From an uncultured Candidatus Binatia bacterium (GTDB taxonomy: Bacteria; Desulfobacterota; Binatia; UBA9968; JAJDTQ01), in the NCBI GenBank assembly GCA_965242525.1, contig OZ251459.1, forward strand, positions 640,001 to 704,000: a stretch of 64,000 nt of DNA, in the 5' to 3' direction. A program made the position numbers and the translations under genes. The notes below the pieces were generated by a model that was not told where the DNA came from, did no database searches, and saw only the letters and a list, made by a program, of their open reading frames with translations. This document shows, piece by piece, positions 49,025 through 57,837 of the stretch. How positions within the stretch are numbered: the stretch's first letter is position 1; the number at the start of each line of letters is the position of its first letter.

Positions 49025-50050
49025 GTGACCTTGTGCCCCGTTCACCCCGAAGAGCCTGAAGCGGACCCCTCCGCGGAGGCTCCCGAGCGCGGCGGCGCGC
49101 CCGCGGAAGCAAGTCCGGGGGAGGGCGTGGGAGTCGAAGTCCATGGCTACGGCGGTTTGCCGGACGGTCCCATCGTCGTCACCGGGGCCAACGGCGTGGT
49201 GGGGGCCGCTCTGGTCAGGCTTCTGGCCGCGCAGCCCGAAGCGCAGGTGCGTGCGCTGGTCCGGGGACTGGAGCAGGCGGCCCGCCTGGAAGGGCTGCCG
49301 GTCAGTCTCCTGCAAGTCGATTACCGGAGCCAGGGAACCCTGGATGCCGCGGCGCAAGGGGCGGCGGCCATGGTCCATCTCGCCGGAGCCCTGCAACCGC
49401 GGCGCGGGGAGCGGCTTCACGACGCCAACGTCGAGACCACGCGACGCCTGGTCTCGGCCGGCAAGGCCTCCGGGGTCCGGCGCTTCGTCTATCTCAGCGC
49501 GCCGGGCGCAAACCCCGCCTCCCGGAACGAGTACCTGCGTTCCAAGGGCTTGGCCGAATCGTCGATACGGGAGGCGGGGTTTCGCGGGGTCGTCTTCCGG
49601 GTCCCCATGGTGCTGGGCCGGGGAACCCCTTCCATGCAGACCCTCCTCCACTTGGCCCGCCGCGGGGCGGCGCCGTTGGTGCGGGGCGGCAAGGTCCGCA
49701 TACAACCGGTGGCGCTGGCGGACGTGACTCGCGGCGTCCGGTGGGCCCTGGGAGACCGGGCGCCGGTCCTCCGCACCCTGGATCTGGTGGGCCCCGAGGT
49801 CCTCACCTACGCGGAGCTCCTCGGAAGGGTCGCGGACCTGCTCGGCAGGTCGCCGCGGATCCTGGGGGTGCCCGGGGTCCTGGCGGAGGTCGGCGCGAGG
49901 GCCGCCGGCCTTCTGGGGTCGAGCTGGAATTGGTCGTTCTTCGACACCCTCTTCAACGAGCGCCTGGGAGACCCCGCGGAGGCGCGAAGGCTGCTCCCGT
50001 TCCCGCCGACCCCGGTGGACGGAGTGCTCCGGGAAGCGGTGTCCCCATGA
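49025..50050 (+). CDS. NAD(P)-binding atypical SDR (NDUFA9-like); start uncertain
   Basis: VTGANGVVG, HLAG, Y.RSK..AE, IQPV...DV, GPE.LT. Confidence 0.85.
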   Translation: MTLCPVHPEEPEADPSAEAPERGGAPAEASPGEGVGVEVHGYGGLPDGPIVVTGANGVVGAALVRLLAAQPEAQVRALVRGLEQAARLEGLPVSLLQVDYRSQGTLDAAAQGAAAMVHLAGALQPRRGERLHDANVETTRRLVSAGKASGVRRFVYLSAPGANPASRNEYLRSKGLAESSIREAGFRGVVFRVPMVLGRGTPSMQTLLHLARRGAAPLVRGGKVRIQPVALADVTRGVRWALGDRAPVLRTLDLVGPEVLTYAELLGRVADLLGRSPRILGVPGVLAEVGARAAGLLGSSWNWSFFDTLFNERLGDPAEARRLLPFPPTPVDGVLREAVSP

Positions 50051-51018
50051 CCCCGGACAGTGAGCCGGGCGGCGCCCCGGCTCCCGAAGCAGCGGCGCCG
50101 CGGAAAGGGCCCAACGTCTGGGCGCGGCTGGTCCCCGCGGCGCTCACGGTCGCGGTCTTCGGCCTCATCTTCTGGCGCATTCCGTTCCACGAGTTCTGGC
50201 AGGCGGTTTCCGGCGCGCGGCTGACGCCGTTCTTCGCCCTCATGGGTTCGTTCTCGCTGTGCTTCTTCCTGGCGGACGCCGCGGTGCTCACCGCGCTGAT
50301 CCGCTGGTTCCACGGGCCCATCCGCTACCGGGAGCTCCTGCCGGTGCGGGCCTCCACCTACATCGTCTCCATCATCAACACCCAGCTCGCCCAGGCCGCC
50401 CTCGCCCTCTACCTGAACCGGCGCTTCCGTACGCCTCTGGGCGAGGTCACCAGCACCGTGGTCCTGCTCATCCTGCTGGAGGCCGCCAACCTGACGTTCT
50501 TCGCCACCGTCGGGTCCGCAGCCTTTCCCGGCGGCACGCCCGCGATCTTCTTCGTGTTGCCGGCGCTGCTCGCCCTGGCGTGGCTCGCGCTGACCCGCAT
50601 GGCCCGGGGCGGGTTCGGCGCGTTGGGACGCAAGGCGGGCGGCAACGTCCTCCTGTCCTCGTTCGGCAAGGTCCGGTTGCGCCAGGGCTTGGCCATACTG
50701 GGGATCAAGGGGTCGGTGTTCTTCCTCTCCCTGCTGGTCCACGCCCGGGCGCTCACGTTCTTCGGCATCGAGGTCCCGGTGCTACCGCTGCTGGCCTTCC
50801 TCCCCATCGTCTATCTGGTGGCCGCGCTGCCCGTCACCGTGGCCCATCTCGGCACCTCCCAGGCCGCCTGGATATTCTTCTTCGGCGGCTACGCCGCGGA
50901 AGCCGACCTGCTCGCCTACAGCCTCGCCGCCCACCTGACGTTCATGCTGGCCAACGGCGCCTTCGGCCTGCTCTTCCTGCCGCGGGTCTATGCCGACCTG
51001 TTCCCGAAGCGGGGATGA
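50047..51018 (+). CDS. Lysylphosphatidylglycerol synthase TM (UPF0104/flippase-like) protein
   Basis: Multi-TM; LPVTVAHLGTSQAAW motif; ATGA overlap. Confidence 0.75.
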   Translation: MTPDSEPGGAPAPEAAAPRKGPNVWARLVPAALTVAVFGLIFWRIPFHEFWQAVSGARLTPFFALMGSFSLCFFLADAAVLTALIRWFHGPIRYRELLPVRASTYIVSIINTQLAQAALALYLNRRFRTPLGEVTSTVVLLILLEAANLTFFATVGSAAFPGGTPAIFFVLPALLALAWLALTRMARGGFGALGRKAGGNVLLSSFGKVRLRQGLAILGIKGSVFFLSLLVHARALTFFGIEVPVLPLLAFLPIVYLVAALPVTVAHLGTSQAAWIFFFGGYAAEADLLAYSLAAHLTFMLANGAFGLLFLPRVYADLFPKRG

Positions 51019-51148
51019 ACGCGGCGCCTTCCTGCCTCCGTTCCCCTGGGGAACGTCTGGACAGTACCGGATCGAGGGACCAACGGGCGTTTGCCCGCTT
51101 CGCCGCGGCGTGGTAGCGGATTGATAGCGAGTGATTGCGGAGGACGCG

Positions 51149-51445
51149 ATGGCGACCATCAACGTGCGGCAACTGGACGAAGACGTGGTTCGGCGTCTCA
51201 AGCGGCGCGCCGCGGACAACAACCGTTCCCTGGAAGGGGAAGTGCGGCCCATCCTCGAAGGCGCGGTCGAGGACGAGGCGTCGGCCAAGCGCGCGTCCTT
51301 CCGGGCTCTGTCGGCGAGGTTGCGCCGCGGCGCCGAAGCGCGCTCGCAGACGCCTTCGGAGGTCCTGATCCGGGAAGACCGCGAGACCGGGCGCCGGGAT
51401 ACAGCGCAGCGCCATGGTGTAATATGTCGATTCGTGAAGCGATAA
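51149..51445 (+). CDS. FitA-like ribbon-helix-helix (antitoxin-type) protein
   Basis: MATINVRQLDEDVVRRLKRRAA.N.RSLE.EVR.IL ... S..LIREDR; GGAGG RBS. Confidence 0.88.
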   Translation: MATINVRQLDEDVVRRLKRRAADNNRSLEGEVRPILEGAVEDEASAKRASFRALSARLRRGAEARSQTPSEVLIREDRETGRRDTAQRHGVICRFVKR

Positions 51446-51810
51446 GCCAGAAGATCCTGGAGACGGGCGGAAGACTCCGGGTTCGGAGCGCCCTGAACCC
51501 GATCTTGTGGCTTTGTGCGATCATAACTGTTCCAGGCATGTACTTTGCCAGTCAGATGGTTGAATCGCCTTCATGGCTGATTACACTCATGTTCCTTCCT
51601 CTCGTTGCTGGGATTGCAGGTTTTCTGTTTCTTCTGTTCTTTGACAGGGACAAGTTGCAATCCGAAGACTATCAAATTCGGAAAATGGAGTTGGAATGGA
51701 TTCAGGAGAAGGGCACAATTCTTCCTGTTGATATTGCATCTACTGAGAAAACTTCAAATCCCCGCCTGCCTGGACCTCAAAAATCAATCGAGGGAGATTC
51801 GGAACAATGA
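51424..51810 (+). CDS. Hypothetical 2-TM membrane protein (128 aa)
   Basis: RSALNPILWLCAII.., second TM, then DKLQSEDYQIR; low GC; ATGA-coupled to the next gene. Confidence 0.75.
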   Translation: MSIREAISQKILETGGRLRVRSALNPILWLCAIITVPGMYFASQMVESPSWLITLMFLPLVAGIAGFLFLLFFDRDKLQSEDYQIRKMELEWIQEKGTILPVDIASTEKTSNPRLPGPQKSIEGDSEQ

Positions 51811-52100
51811 AACGAGTTTACTTGCTGATTTACGACAACGAAGTCGGGACCCGGAAGGAAGTCAGGAAGTTCCTCGACGAACGACCGGAAATACTGCACT
51901 GGCGCTTTGATCTTCCCAACACATTCTACTTGATTTCCGAGTTGTCAGCGGGAGCGTTGTACAGTGTATTTCAGGATTTCAACCAGGAACACGGCAGCTT
52001 TCTCATCAGTGAAGTCGGCTCGAACACGCAAGGCTGGCTCCCCAAGAGGACGTGGGCGCTCTTGAACGAGAAGATAAACGAGAAAAGTTACGCGTCCTGA
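51807..52100 (+). CDS. Hypothetical 97-aa protein, Cas2/VapD-like ferredoxin fold (inferred)
   Basis: MKRVYLLIYD first strand ending in Asp, W.....NTFYLIS, FLISEV, GWLP..TW; low GC. Confidence 0.7.
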   Translation: MKRVYLLIYDNEVGTRKEVRKFLDERPEILHWRFDLPNTFYLISELSAGALYSVFQDFNQEHGSFLISEVGSNTQGWLPKRTWALLNEKINEKSYAS

Positions 52101-52148
52101 CTTTTGATCCTATGCGCCCGTTTATCGGATAGCAGCAGGAAGAACGCT

Positions 52149-53624
52149 ATGGCACAACTTTCCGAGCAGCGCCCTTGCTGGTTCGTCGGAGCTTTTTGGG
52201 GTGATGGTGACCACACCGAACGGTTTCTGAAAGAAGGGATCTGGGAAAACGGCTACAAAGACAAATATCTGGACCAGGTGCGTTCAATGCACCCCGGCGA
52301 CCGCATCGCTATCAAGGCCACGTACCCGCGTAAATCAGATCTCCCGTTCGACAACCTGGGTAAAGCTGTTTCTGTAATGGCTATCAAGGCAGTGGGGACG
52401 ATTACAGAAAACCCGGGAGACGGGCGGCGCGTCAGGGTTGATTGGACGCGGGTAGAGCCCGCTCGCGAATGGTATTTCTACACTTATCGCCGTACCGTTT
52501 GGGAGGTATGGCCAGGAAAGGGGAGGATCCCGTGGGCTGCTGATGCCTTGATCCAATTTGCATTTACAGGACAATCACAAGACTATCCCCGTTTTCTGAA
52601 GCGATGGGGTTTTCTCAAGGGCGATCCGAATATCTCGGATGCACCGGAAGAAGCGAAGTCGTCGCCCTATTCCATCGATGACATGGAACAAGTGGAGTCG
52701 CCGCTCTATTCCATCGATGACATCATCGAGGAGGGCTGCTTTCTGGAACGGGGACGGTTGGCTGACCTCCTGGATTCCTGGCGTTCCAAGAAGAACCTCA
52801 TCCTGACGGGGCCTCCCGGCACCGGCAAGACCTGGCTGGCCCGCAAGCTGGCCTTTGCCCTGATCGAGTTGAGGGATGAGCGTCTGGTGCAAGCGGTGCA
52901 GTTCCACCCCAACCTCTCTTACGAGGACTTCGTGCGCGGCTGGCGGCCATCCGGCGACGGGCGGCTGGAGTTGGTGGACGGGCCGTTTCTGAACCTGATC
53001 GACGCCGCCCGCAACGACCCCAACACTGACTACGTAATGGTGATCGAGGAGATCAACCGCGGCAATCCGGCGCAGGTTTTCGGCGAGATGCTTACGCTGC
53101 TGGAAGCCGGCAAACGCAACCGCGGCGAAGCCCTGGCCTTGAGCTACCGCCGCTCCGATGGCGAGCGGGTGCATGTGCCGGAGAACCTGTATGTGATCGG
53201 CACCATGAACCTGGCCGACCGCTCGCTGGCGCTGGTTGATTTGGCCTTCCGCCGCCGTTTCGCCTTCGAGGAACTCGAACCCGTGTTCGGGCCGGTCTGG
53301 CGGAAGTGGGTCAGCGAACACTGCGGCGTGGACGCTGCATTCCTGGCCGATGTCGAGCAGCGGATCGACCGCCTGAACGAGCAGATCGCCGCGGACCGCA
53401 GCTTGGGACGGCAATTCAAGATAGGCCACAGCTTCGTCACCCCGCCGGACGACAGCCCCATAACCGACCCCTTCGCCTGGTTCCGGCGGGTGGTGGAAAA
53501 GGAGATCGGGCCGCTGCTGGACGAATACTGGTTCGACTCCCCGGACAAAGCCCGCGATGCCAAGGCGAAACTGCTGCACGGCCTGGAATCGCAGGACGTC
53601 CCGAACCCGTCGGATGGCCCATAG
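52149..53624 (+). CDS. mcrB: McrB family AAA+ GTPase of a type IV restriction system
   Basis: GPPGTGKT, VQFHP..SYEDFV.G, IEEINRG, GTMNLADRS, RRRF, IGHSF. Confidence 0.95.
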   Translation: MAQLSEQRPCWFVGAFWGDGDHTERFLKEGIWENGYKDKYLDQVRSMHPGDRIAIKATYPRKSDLPFDNLGKAVSVMAIKAVGTITENPGDGRRVRVDWTRVEPAREWYFYTYRRTVWEVWPGKGRIPWAADALIQFAFTGQSQDYPRFLKRWGFLKGDPNISDAPEEAKSSPYSIDDMEQVESPLYSIDDIIEEGCFLERGRLADLLDSWRSKKNLILTGPPGTGKTWLARKLAFALIELRDERLVQAVQFHPNLSYEDFVRGWRPSGDGRLELVDGPFLNLIDAARNDPNTDYVMVIEEINRGNPAQVFGEMLTLLEAGKRNRGEALALSYRRSDGERVHVPENLYVIGTMNLADRSLALVDLAFRRRFAFEELEPVFGPVWRKWVSEHCGVDAAFLADVEQRIDRLNEQIAADRSLGRQFKIGHSFVTPPDDSPITDPFAWFRRVVEKEIGPLLDEYWFDSPDKARDAKAKLLHGLESQDVPNPSDGP

Positions 53625-54739
53625 TGACCCCGTTCGTCCTTTCGGGGCAGCGGCGCATCCCGCTGCGGAATATCTGGCTGTTGCTGCTCTACGCGTCGGA
53701 GCTGTTTCGCCAGCTTGACGACGCTGAGCGGGCCGGCGTAGAGGATCGCCCGGACGACATTCCCGACCTGGTGGCGGAAATCCTGGCCCATGAGGTGGAA
53801 CGCCGCTTGGCGCGCAACCTCAGCTACGGCTGGCAACCCCGCGCCGCGGTGCTGCATCGGGTGCGGGGCCGCATCGACCATCGCCGCACCGAAAGCCGCC
53901 AACTGCTGCAACGCGGCCAGATAGCCTGCCGCTTCGACGAACTCACCATCGACACGCCCCGTAACCGCTATGTGCGGACGGCCCTGGTCCGGGTGTCCGG
54001 CACTGTCAAAGGCCAGGAACTGGCCCATCGCTGCCGTTCCCTGACCCGGCGGCTGGAGCGGTTGGGCGTCGTCGGCCCCCAACCGGCTCCGTCCGAGGTA
54101 TCCGCCGCAGACTTCCGTGGGTTCGGCGCCGACGACCGCCGGATGGTGGCGGCAGCCCGGCTGGTGTTCGAGTTGGCCCTGCCCAACGAAGATCCGGACA
54201 ACCGGCGCTTGGCTCCGCCGCCACGCAACGAAGAGCAATGGCTCAGACGGCTGTTCGAAAAGGCGGTTGGCGGCTTCTACGCCGTAACGCTGTCGCCGTC
54301 CGGGTGGCGCGTGGCCGCTGGCCAGTGGATCCACTGGCCGGTAGAGCGCGCCACCGACGGGATCCGAAACATCCTGCCATCCATGCAGACCGACATCGTT
54401 CTGGAACATCCCCGCCGGGGTTGCCGCATCGTCATCGACACCAAGTTCAACCCTGTCGTCGTCGAGGGCTGGCGCCGGAATGAATCACTGCATAGCGGCC
54501 ATCTCTACCAGATCTACGCCTACCTGCGCTCCCAGGAGGACCCCGCCGACCCGCCATCGGCCCACGCCGCCGGCCTGTTGCTGCATCCGGCGGCAGGCGA
54601 GGACGTGGACGAGGCGGTGGCGCTGCAAGGGCACCCCATCCGGTTCGCCACCGTCGATCTGGCGGCCTCCGCCCAACGGATACGGGCGCGCCTGCTGACC
54701 CTGGCCGAAGAACCCCCGGCCTGGACGGACGAGCCGTGA
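53624..54739 (+). CDS. mcrC: McrC family PD-(D/E)xK nuclease
   Basis: IPLRNIW.LL.YA, RGRID, LFEKAV, MQTDIVL...IDTKF, LYQIYAY; GTG overlapping the mcrB stop. Confidence 0.93.
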   Translation: MTPFVLSGQRRIPLRNIWLLLLYASELFRQLDDAERAGVEDRPDDIPDLVAEILAHEVERRLARNLSYGWQPRAAVLHRVRGRIDHRRTESRQLLQRGQIACRFDELTIDTPRNRYVRTALVRVSGTVKGQELAHRCRSLTRRLERLGVVGPQPAPSEVSAADFRGFGADDRRMVAAARLVFELALPNEDPDNRRLAPPPRNEEQWLRRLFEKAVGGFYAVTLSPSGWRVAAGQWIHWPVERATDGIRNILPSMQTDIVLEHPRRGCRIVIDTKFNPVVVEGWRRNESLHSGHLYQIYAYLRSQEDPADPPSAHAAGLLLHPAAGEDVDEAVALQGHPIRFATVDLAASAQRIRARLLTLAEEPPAWTDEP

Positions 54740-55968
54740 TCCGCTCGCGCGGCCGGCGCCTGCGCGCCGCGGCCCGGGACCTGGGTCACGAGCGGCTCAA
54801 GCTGCTGGGCGTCGTCACCGGCGGACACATGATGATCCACTGGTTCCAGCAGTTGTTCCCGGTGGCGCTGCCGTTCATCAAGGCCGGCCTGGGTCTCAGC
54901 GCGGTCCAGACCGGGGCCCTAGCCACCGCGCGCCAGTTCGGGCAGGGGACCCTCAACCTGCCCGCGGGCATGCTGGCCGACGCGCTGCACCGCTACCGGG
55001 ACGTCATCCTGGCCTCGTCGCTGGTCTTCATGGGCGTGGCCTACCTGCTCTTCGGCAGCCGCGGCGGCTTCGGGACCGCCTTTGCGGCCAGCGTGCTCAT
55101 CGGGTTCGGCACCGCGCTGTGGCATCCCGCCGCGGCCGCGACCCTTACCTCGAAGTTCCCCGAGCGCCGGGGCACGGCCATGTCGGTCCACGGCACCGGG
55201 GCCACGTTGAGCGACAGCCTGGCGCCGTTGGCGCAGGGAGCGCTGCTCACGGTCCTGCCCTGGGAGGGGATCCTCTGGTGGCAAATCGTTCCGGGAGTCC
55301 TCTTCGGCTTCCTGGTGCTGCGCGGCCTGTTCGGCGTGTTCCGGCCGGAGCCCGCCGCGGCCTCCCGCACCGGCCGGCTCGGCGACATGCTCGCCCTGCT
55401 CGCCAACGGCTCCTTCGTGGCCATATCGGCTTCCCGGGGCTTCCTCACCATGGGGCGCGTGGTGATCCTCACCTTCCTGCCCATCTACCTGGTCGAGGAG
55501 TTGGGTTTTTCGGCCAACGCGCTGGGCGTCTATATCATGCTGCTCCACGTCATGGGGATCTTCTCCCAGACCGTCCTGGGCTACCTCTCGGACCGGTACG
55601 GCCGGAAGCCGGTGCTGGTTCCCTCCATGCTCGCCTTGGGCGTCCTGTACGTGCTGCTTGCCGTGGCCCCTCCGGTGGCGGCCCTGACCCTGGTCATCAT
55701 CGCCATGGGCACCTTCTTCTACACCCTGATGAACGTGCTCACCGCGGTGATCTCGGACGTGGCCGGAGCCAACGTCCAGGCGTCTTCCCAGGGGTTGACC
55801 ACGGTCATCGCCCAGGTGGCGGTGTTGCCCACCCCGGTCATCGCCGGTTACCTGGCCGACCGCCACGGCATGGGGGCGGCGTTCGTCCTGGCGGGCGCGT
55901 TCGTGTTCCTGGCGGCGCTCTGTCTCGCCCCGTTGCAACTCTACGGAGGAGACCGGCGAGGCTCCTAG
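54736..55968 (+). CDS. MFS transporter (Fsr-like)
   Basis: 12 TM, WHP.A, G.LSDRYGRK; GTGA overlap with mcrC. Confidence 0.9.
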   Translation: MIRSRGRRLRAAARDLGHERLKLLGVVTGGHMMIHWFQQLFPVALPFIKAGLGLSAVQTGALATARQFGQGTLNLPAGMLADALHRYRDVILASSLVFMGVAYLLFGSRGGFGTAFAASVLIGFGTALWHPAAAATLTSKFPERRGTAMSVHGTGATLSDSLAPLAQGALLTVLPWEGILWWQIVPGVLFGFLVLRGLFGVFRPEPAAASRTGRLGDMLALLANGSFVAISASRGFLTMGRVVILTFLPIYLVEELGFSANALGVYIMLLHVMGIFSQTVLGYLSDRYGRKPVLVPSMLALGVLYVLLAVAPPVAALTLVIIAMGTFFYTLMNVLTAVISDVAGANVQASSQGLTTVIAQVAVLPTPVIAGYLADRHGMGAAFVLAGAFVFLAALCLAPLQLYGGDRRGS

Positions 55969-55994
55969 CCGCGGAGCCGCGGGGCTTTCGGGCG

Positions 55995-56531
55995 TCAGCG
56001 CCGGGCGCCCCTCCGGAGGAGGTTCCGCGTGAACACCGCCGCGGTGTATGCGAACACCAGGTTGCCCGTCCACCATGTCCAGGCGGAGGGCCGGGCCGGG
56101 TCGAACCAGAGCCCCAGGACCACGGCGCCCACCAGCAGGTAATAGACCACGCCCGCGGCCTTTCCCGGAAGGTCCTCGCGGAGGCGGGGCCGGCGGTCGG
56201 ACGGCCCGGTCCCGTTCCGGTACAGGAACTGGGTCCCGAGGGCCGCCACCCCCAGGGGCACCCAATAGCCCAGTCGTCCCAGCCATGCCGCGGCCAGCAG
56301 GCTCGACGCGTTGAACAGCACGTCCGCCAGCGCGTCCAGCCGTCCCCACGCGGCGTTCGGGGCTCCGGCCTTGCGCGCGAAGTACCCGTCCAGCAGGTCC
56401 GACGCGGCCGTGAGCAGGTAGAGGAGGATGAGCGCGCCCGCGGCGCCGGACGCGCCGCCATGGGCTTCGAACATGAGGTAGAGGAAGGGGAAGGGGACGG
56501 CAAAGCGTCCCAGGGTCAGGCCGTTGGCCAA
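55995..56531 (-). CDS. CDP-alcohol phosphatidyltransferase; start uncertain
   Basis: ANGLTLGR, D.LDGYFAR......G.LDALAD motif. Confidence 0.88.
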   Translation of the reverse strand: MANGLTLGRFAVPFPFLYLMFEAHGGASGAAGALILLYLLTAASDLLDGYFARKAGAPNAAWGRLDALADVLFNASSLLAAAWLGRLGYWVPLGVAALGTQFLYRNGTGPSDRRPRLREDLPGKAAGVVYYLLVGAVVLGLWFDPARPSAWTWWTGNLVFAYTAAVFTRNLLRRGARR

Positions 56532-56572
56532 GCCGCGGTAGAACCCCGAACCCGGCGCCTCGGCCCCGGGGT

Positions 56573-57091
56573 TCAGTGGATCGGCTCCATGACCGCTCCG
56601 CAACCGCCGCACTTCCGGTTCGCTTCGCTGCTCCAGAAGCGCTCGAAAATGGGCGGGAGCTGGGCCACGATGTCGCTGAGCTGCACCGCTTCCTCGTAGA
56701 GTTTCGCGTGGCAGTCGTCGCAGTACCACTGGAACAGGTCCATCTCGCCCTCGCGCCGCCGGCGCTCGATGACGAGGCCCACCGTGTCCGCCCGGCGCTG
56801 CGGCGAATGGGGCACTTTGGGCGGGAGCAGGAAGATCTCGCCCGCTCGGATGGGGACGTCCCGGGGCGCGCCGTCCTCCATGATCCGCAGCGTCATGTCG
56901 CCTTCGATCTGGTAGAAGAACTCCTCGCCCTCGTCCACGTGGTAGTCCTTGCGGGTGTTGGGTCCGCCCACCACCATGACGATGAACTCGGTGTCTTTGT
57001 ACACCACCTGGTTGCCCACCGGCGGCTTGAGCAGGTGGCGGTGCTCGTCGATCCATCGGGCGAAATGGAAAGGGGGGGTGATGCGGCTCAT
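56573..57091 (-). CDS. nbaC: 3-hydroxyanthranilate 3,4-dioxygenase
   Basis: LKPPVGN, VGGPNTRKDYHVDEGEEFFYQ, PHSPQR, rubredoxin-like CxxC pairs. Confidence 0.96.
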   Translation of the reverse strand: MSRITPPFHFARWIDEHRHLLKPPVGNQVVYKDTEFIVMVVGGPNTRKDYHVDEGEEFFYQIEGDMTLRIMEDGAPRDVPIRAGEIFLLPPKVPHSPQRRADTVGLVIERRRREGEMDLFQWYCDDCHAKLYEEAVQLSDIVAQLPPIFERFWSSEANRKCGGCGAVMEPIH

Positions 57092-57137
57092 CTCCGTGTC
57101 CTCCCTCGTAAACGGTGCGTCGTCCGGACTTCCTTCG

Positions 57138-57269
57138 GGAACCCCTGAACGATCGGGACCTCCGAGACGGATTCCCTCACCCTGCTCCCCGTCTCCGTTC
57201 GTTCTGAGCGTAGCGAAGCGAAGTCGAAGGACGCGCTCCTGCCCCCTGTCCCGATTGTCCAGAGGTTCC
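57138..57269 (+). mobile_element. MITE family A copy
   Basis: GGAACCCCTGAACGATC ... GATTGTCCAGAGGTTCC; full core; flanks TTCG/TTGA. Confidence 0.85.
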
Positions 57270-57307
57270 TTGACTTGTAACACGACGCAGCGCCGAAAGG
57301 AAGAAAA

Positions 57308-57802
57308 TCAGGCCCCGCGGGCAAGGCCCGCGGCCCAGTGGACCACTTCGTCCTGGGCCGTGTTCTGGGGTCCGGAGCCGGCCCGCCGGACCGCGTTCCG
57401 CGCTGCGTCCGCGCCCAGGCCCAGGGCGAGCAGCACGCACACGGCGAAGGTGCCGCTGCGGCCGATGCCCGCGGCGCAGTGCACGAGCAGGGTCTCTCCC
57501 GCGGCGAGCCCCCGGGCCGCCTTCTGCGCCAGCGCCCAGAACGCTTCCCGGTCCGCGGGCGCGTCCAGGTCTTCCACCGGGAAGCTCTCGTGCTTCCACG
57601 GCGCCTTCCGTTCGTCGAGCGCCCGGGCGTACCGCGGCGACTTGTCGCGCAACTCGTCCGGGGGAACGAGACAGATCACCCGCGTGATCCGGTGCCGGCC
57701 GATGGCGCTCCATGCGTCCTCGAACGCCTCGTAGCGCCCCGGCATGCTGCCCAGGTACAGGCGGCCGGCCACCGCGGCGGGAAGCTCCACCGCCCGGTAC
57801 AT
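57308..57802 (-). CDS. Cys-dependent dual-specificity/tyrosine protein phosphatase
   Basis: MPGR, FPVED...P, VHCAAGIGRSG (CX5R). Confidence 0.9.
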   Translation of the reverse strand: MYRAVELPAAVAGRLYLGSMPGRYEAFEDAWSAIGRHRITRVICLVPPDELRDKSPRYARALDERKAPWKHESFPVEDLDAPADREAFWALAQKAARGLAAGETLLVHCAAGIGRSGTFAVCVLLALGLGADAARNAVRRAGSGPQNTAQDEVVHWAAGLARGA

Positions 57803-57837
57803 GGGCGCAGGTTCGTGCGCGGGCAAGGCCACGGGGG

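Noticed and set aside
51807-52100. Bona fide cas2 of a CRISPR locus
   Set aside because: No cas1 or array; only a fold-level resemblance is inferred.
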